From positions 62,001-126,000 of the forward strand of contig NW_026728278.1 of the NCBI RefSeq assembly GCF_030684315.1: 64,000 nucleotides of DNA. Direction: 5' to 3'. Position 1 is the stretch's first letter. Every line of letters begins with the position of its first letter. The position numbers and the translations under genes were made by a program. The stretch comes from Stegostoma tigrinum. Lineage: Eukaryota. Shown piece by piece: positions 63,031-64,000 of this stretch. The notes under the pieces were generated by a model. It was not told the origin of the DNA. It searched no databases and worked only from the letters and a program-made list of their open reading frames with translations.

Positions 63031-63062
63031 TTTCTGGCCAGGGTGAGTGAGAGAAATAACCT

Positions 63063-63690
63063 TAAATTGTCCCGTAGTGCCCAGGGATGTGCGGGTTAGG
63101 GTGGGACTGGCCGTGCTAAATTGTCCTGTAGTGCCCAGGGATGTGCGGGTTAGGGTGGGATTGGCCGTGCTAAATTGTCCCGTAGTGCCCGGGGATGTGC
63201 AGGTTAGGGTGGGATTGGCCGTGCTAAATTGTCCCGTAGTGCCCAGGGATGTGCGGGTTAGGGTGGGATTGGCCGTGCTAAATTGTCTCGTAGTGCCCAG
63301 GGATGTGCCGGTTAGGGTGGGATTGGCCGTGCTAAATTGTCCCGTAGTGCCCAGGGATGTGCAGGTTAGGGTGGGATTGGCCGTGCTAAATTGTTCCGTA
63401 GTGCCCAGGGATGTGCGGGTTAGGGTGGGACTGGCCGTGCTAAATTGTCCTGTAGTGCCCAGGGATGTGCGGGTTAGGGTGGGATTGGCCGTGCTAAATT
63501 GTCCCGTAGTGCCCAGGGATGTGCGGGTTAGGGTGGGATTGGCCGTGCTAAATTGTCCCGTAGTGCCCAGGGATGTGCGGGTTAGGGTGGATTGGCCGTG
63601 CTAAATTGTCCCGTAGTGCCCAGGGATGTGTGGGTTAGGGTGGGATTGGCCGTGCAAATTGTCCTGTAGTGCCCAGGGATGTGCGGGTTT
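63063..63690 (+). repeat. 53-bp SINE-derived minisatellite, about 12 units, inverted relative to 59241-61084
   Basis: taaattgtcccgtagtgcccagggatgtgcgggttagggtgggattggccgtgc; SINE-type tail to about 63830. Confidence 0.9.
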
Positions 63691-63962
63691 GCTGTGGGAA
63701 ATGTGGGGTTACAGAGTTGAGAGTGGGTGGGGATTGGGGTTGAATGTTTGTGGTGTTGTGCCCAGGATGCTGTTCAGGGGGCCAACATGGACATGATGGG
63801 CTGATAGGCCACTTTGTGCACTCCATTTAAGGCCCACATCGCAGCAGAGCCACTCCCCACATGGTGCCCTCGCTGGCAGGGGTTTGCCCGGAGAGGGGAG
63901 TGGCGGTTGGTGAACATGGGATATTGTCTCTCACTCCGTCTCTGTGTTTCGCCCCCCGGCAG

Positions 63963-64000
63963 AACCCTGACTACCATGGATTCAGCTCCGACCCTGTGGT
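63963..64000 (+). CDS. NDUFB11: NDUFB11 exon 2 (partial, runs off the window)
   Basis: cggcag|AAC CCT GAC TAC CAT GGA TTC gives NPDYHGFSSDPV; compare human NPDSHGYDKDPV. Confidence 0.88.

Overview
Vertebrate genomic DNA, GC-rich, gapped and saturated with tandem repeats. The LINE/SINE/Penelope repeat types suggest a cartilaginous fish (inference). Spliced genes rebuilt by hand, left to right: (1) RBM10 on the minus strand, five coding exons plus promoter, continuing off the left edge; (2) a twinfilin-family gene on the minus strand, exons 5-9 only; (3) exon 1 of a selenophosphate synthetase with an in-frame TGA read as selenocysteine (LKG-U-GCK) and a strong hairpin 5 nt downstream, which the ORF track splits in two; (4) an unrecognised type I membrane protein on the plus strand with leader, three tandem Ig V-set domains, a TM helix and a 13-aa tail; (5) NDUFB11 exons 1-2 on the plus strand. 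RBM10 and NDUFB11 keep the head-to-head orientation seen in human, but here three genes lie between them. The remaining SEPHS exons and twinfilin exons 1-4 are absent around a 200-N gap, most likely an assembly problem. Non-coding highlights are a candidate poison exon in RBM10, a ~400-bp foldback, two dense CCAAT arrays, a nested CR1 insertion and several minisatellites that arose from LINE/SINE fragments. Nearly all long ORFs in the supplied track are repeat artefacts.
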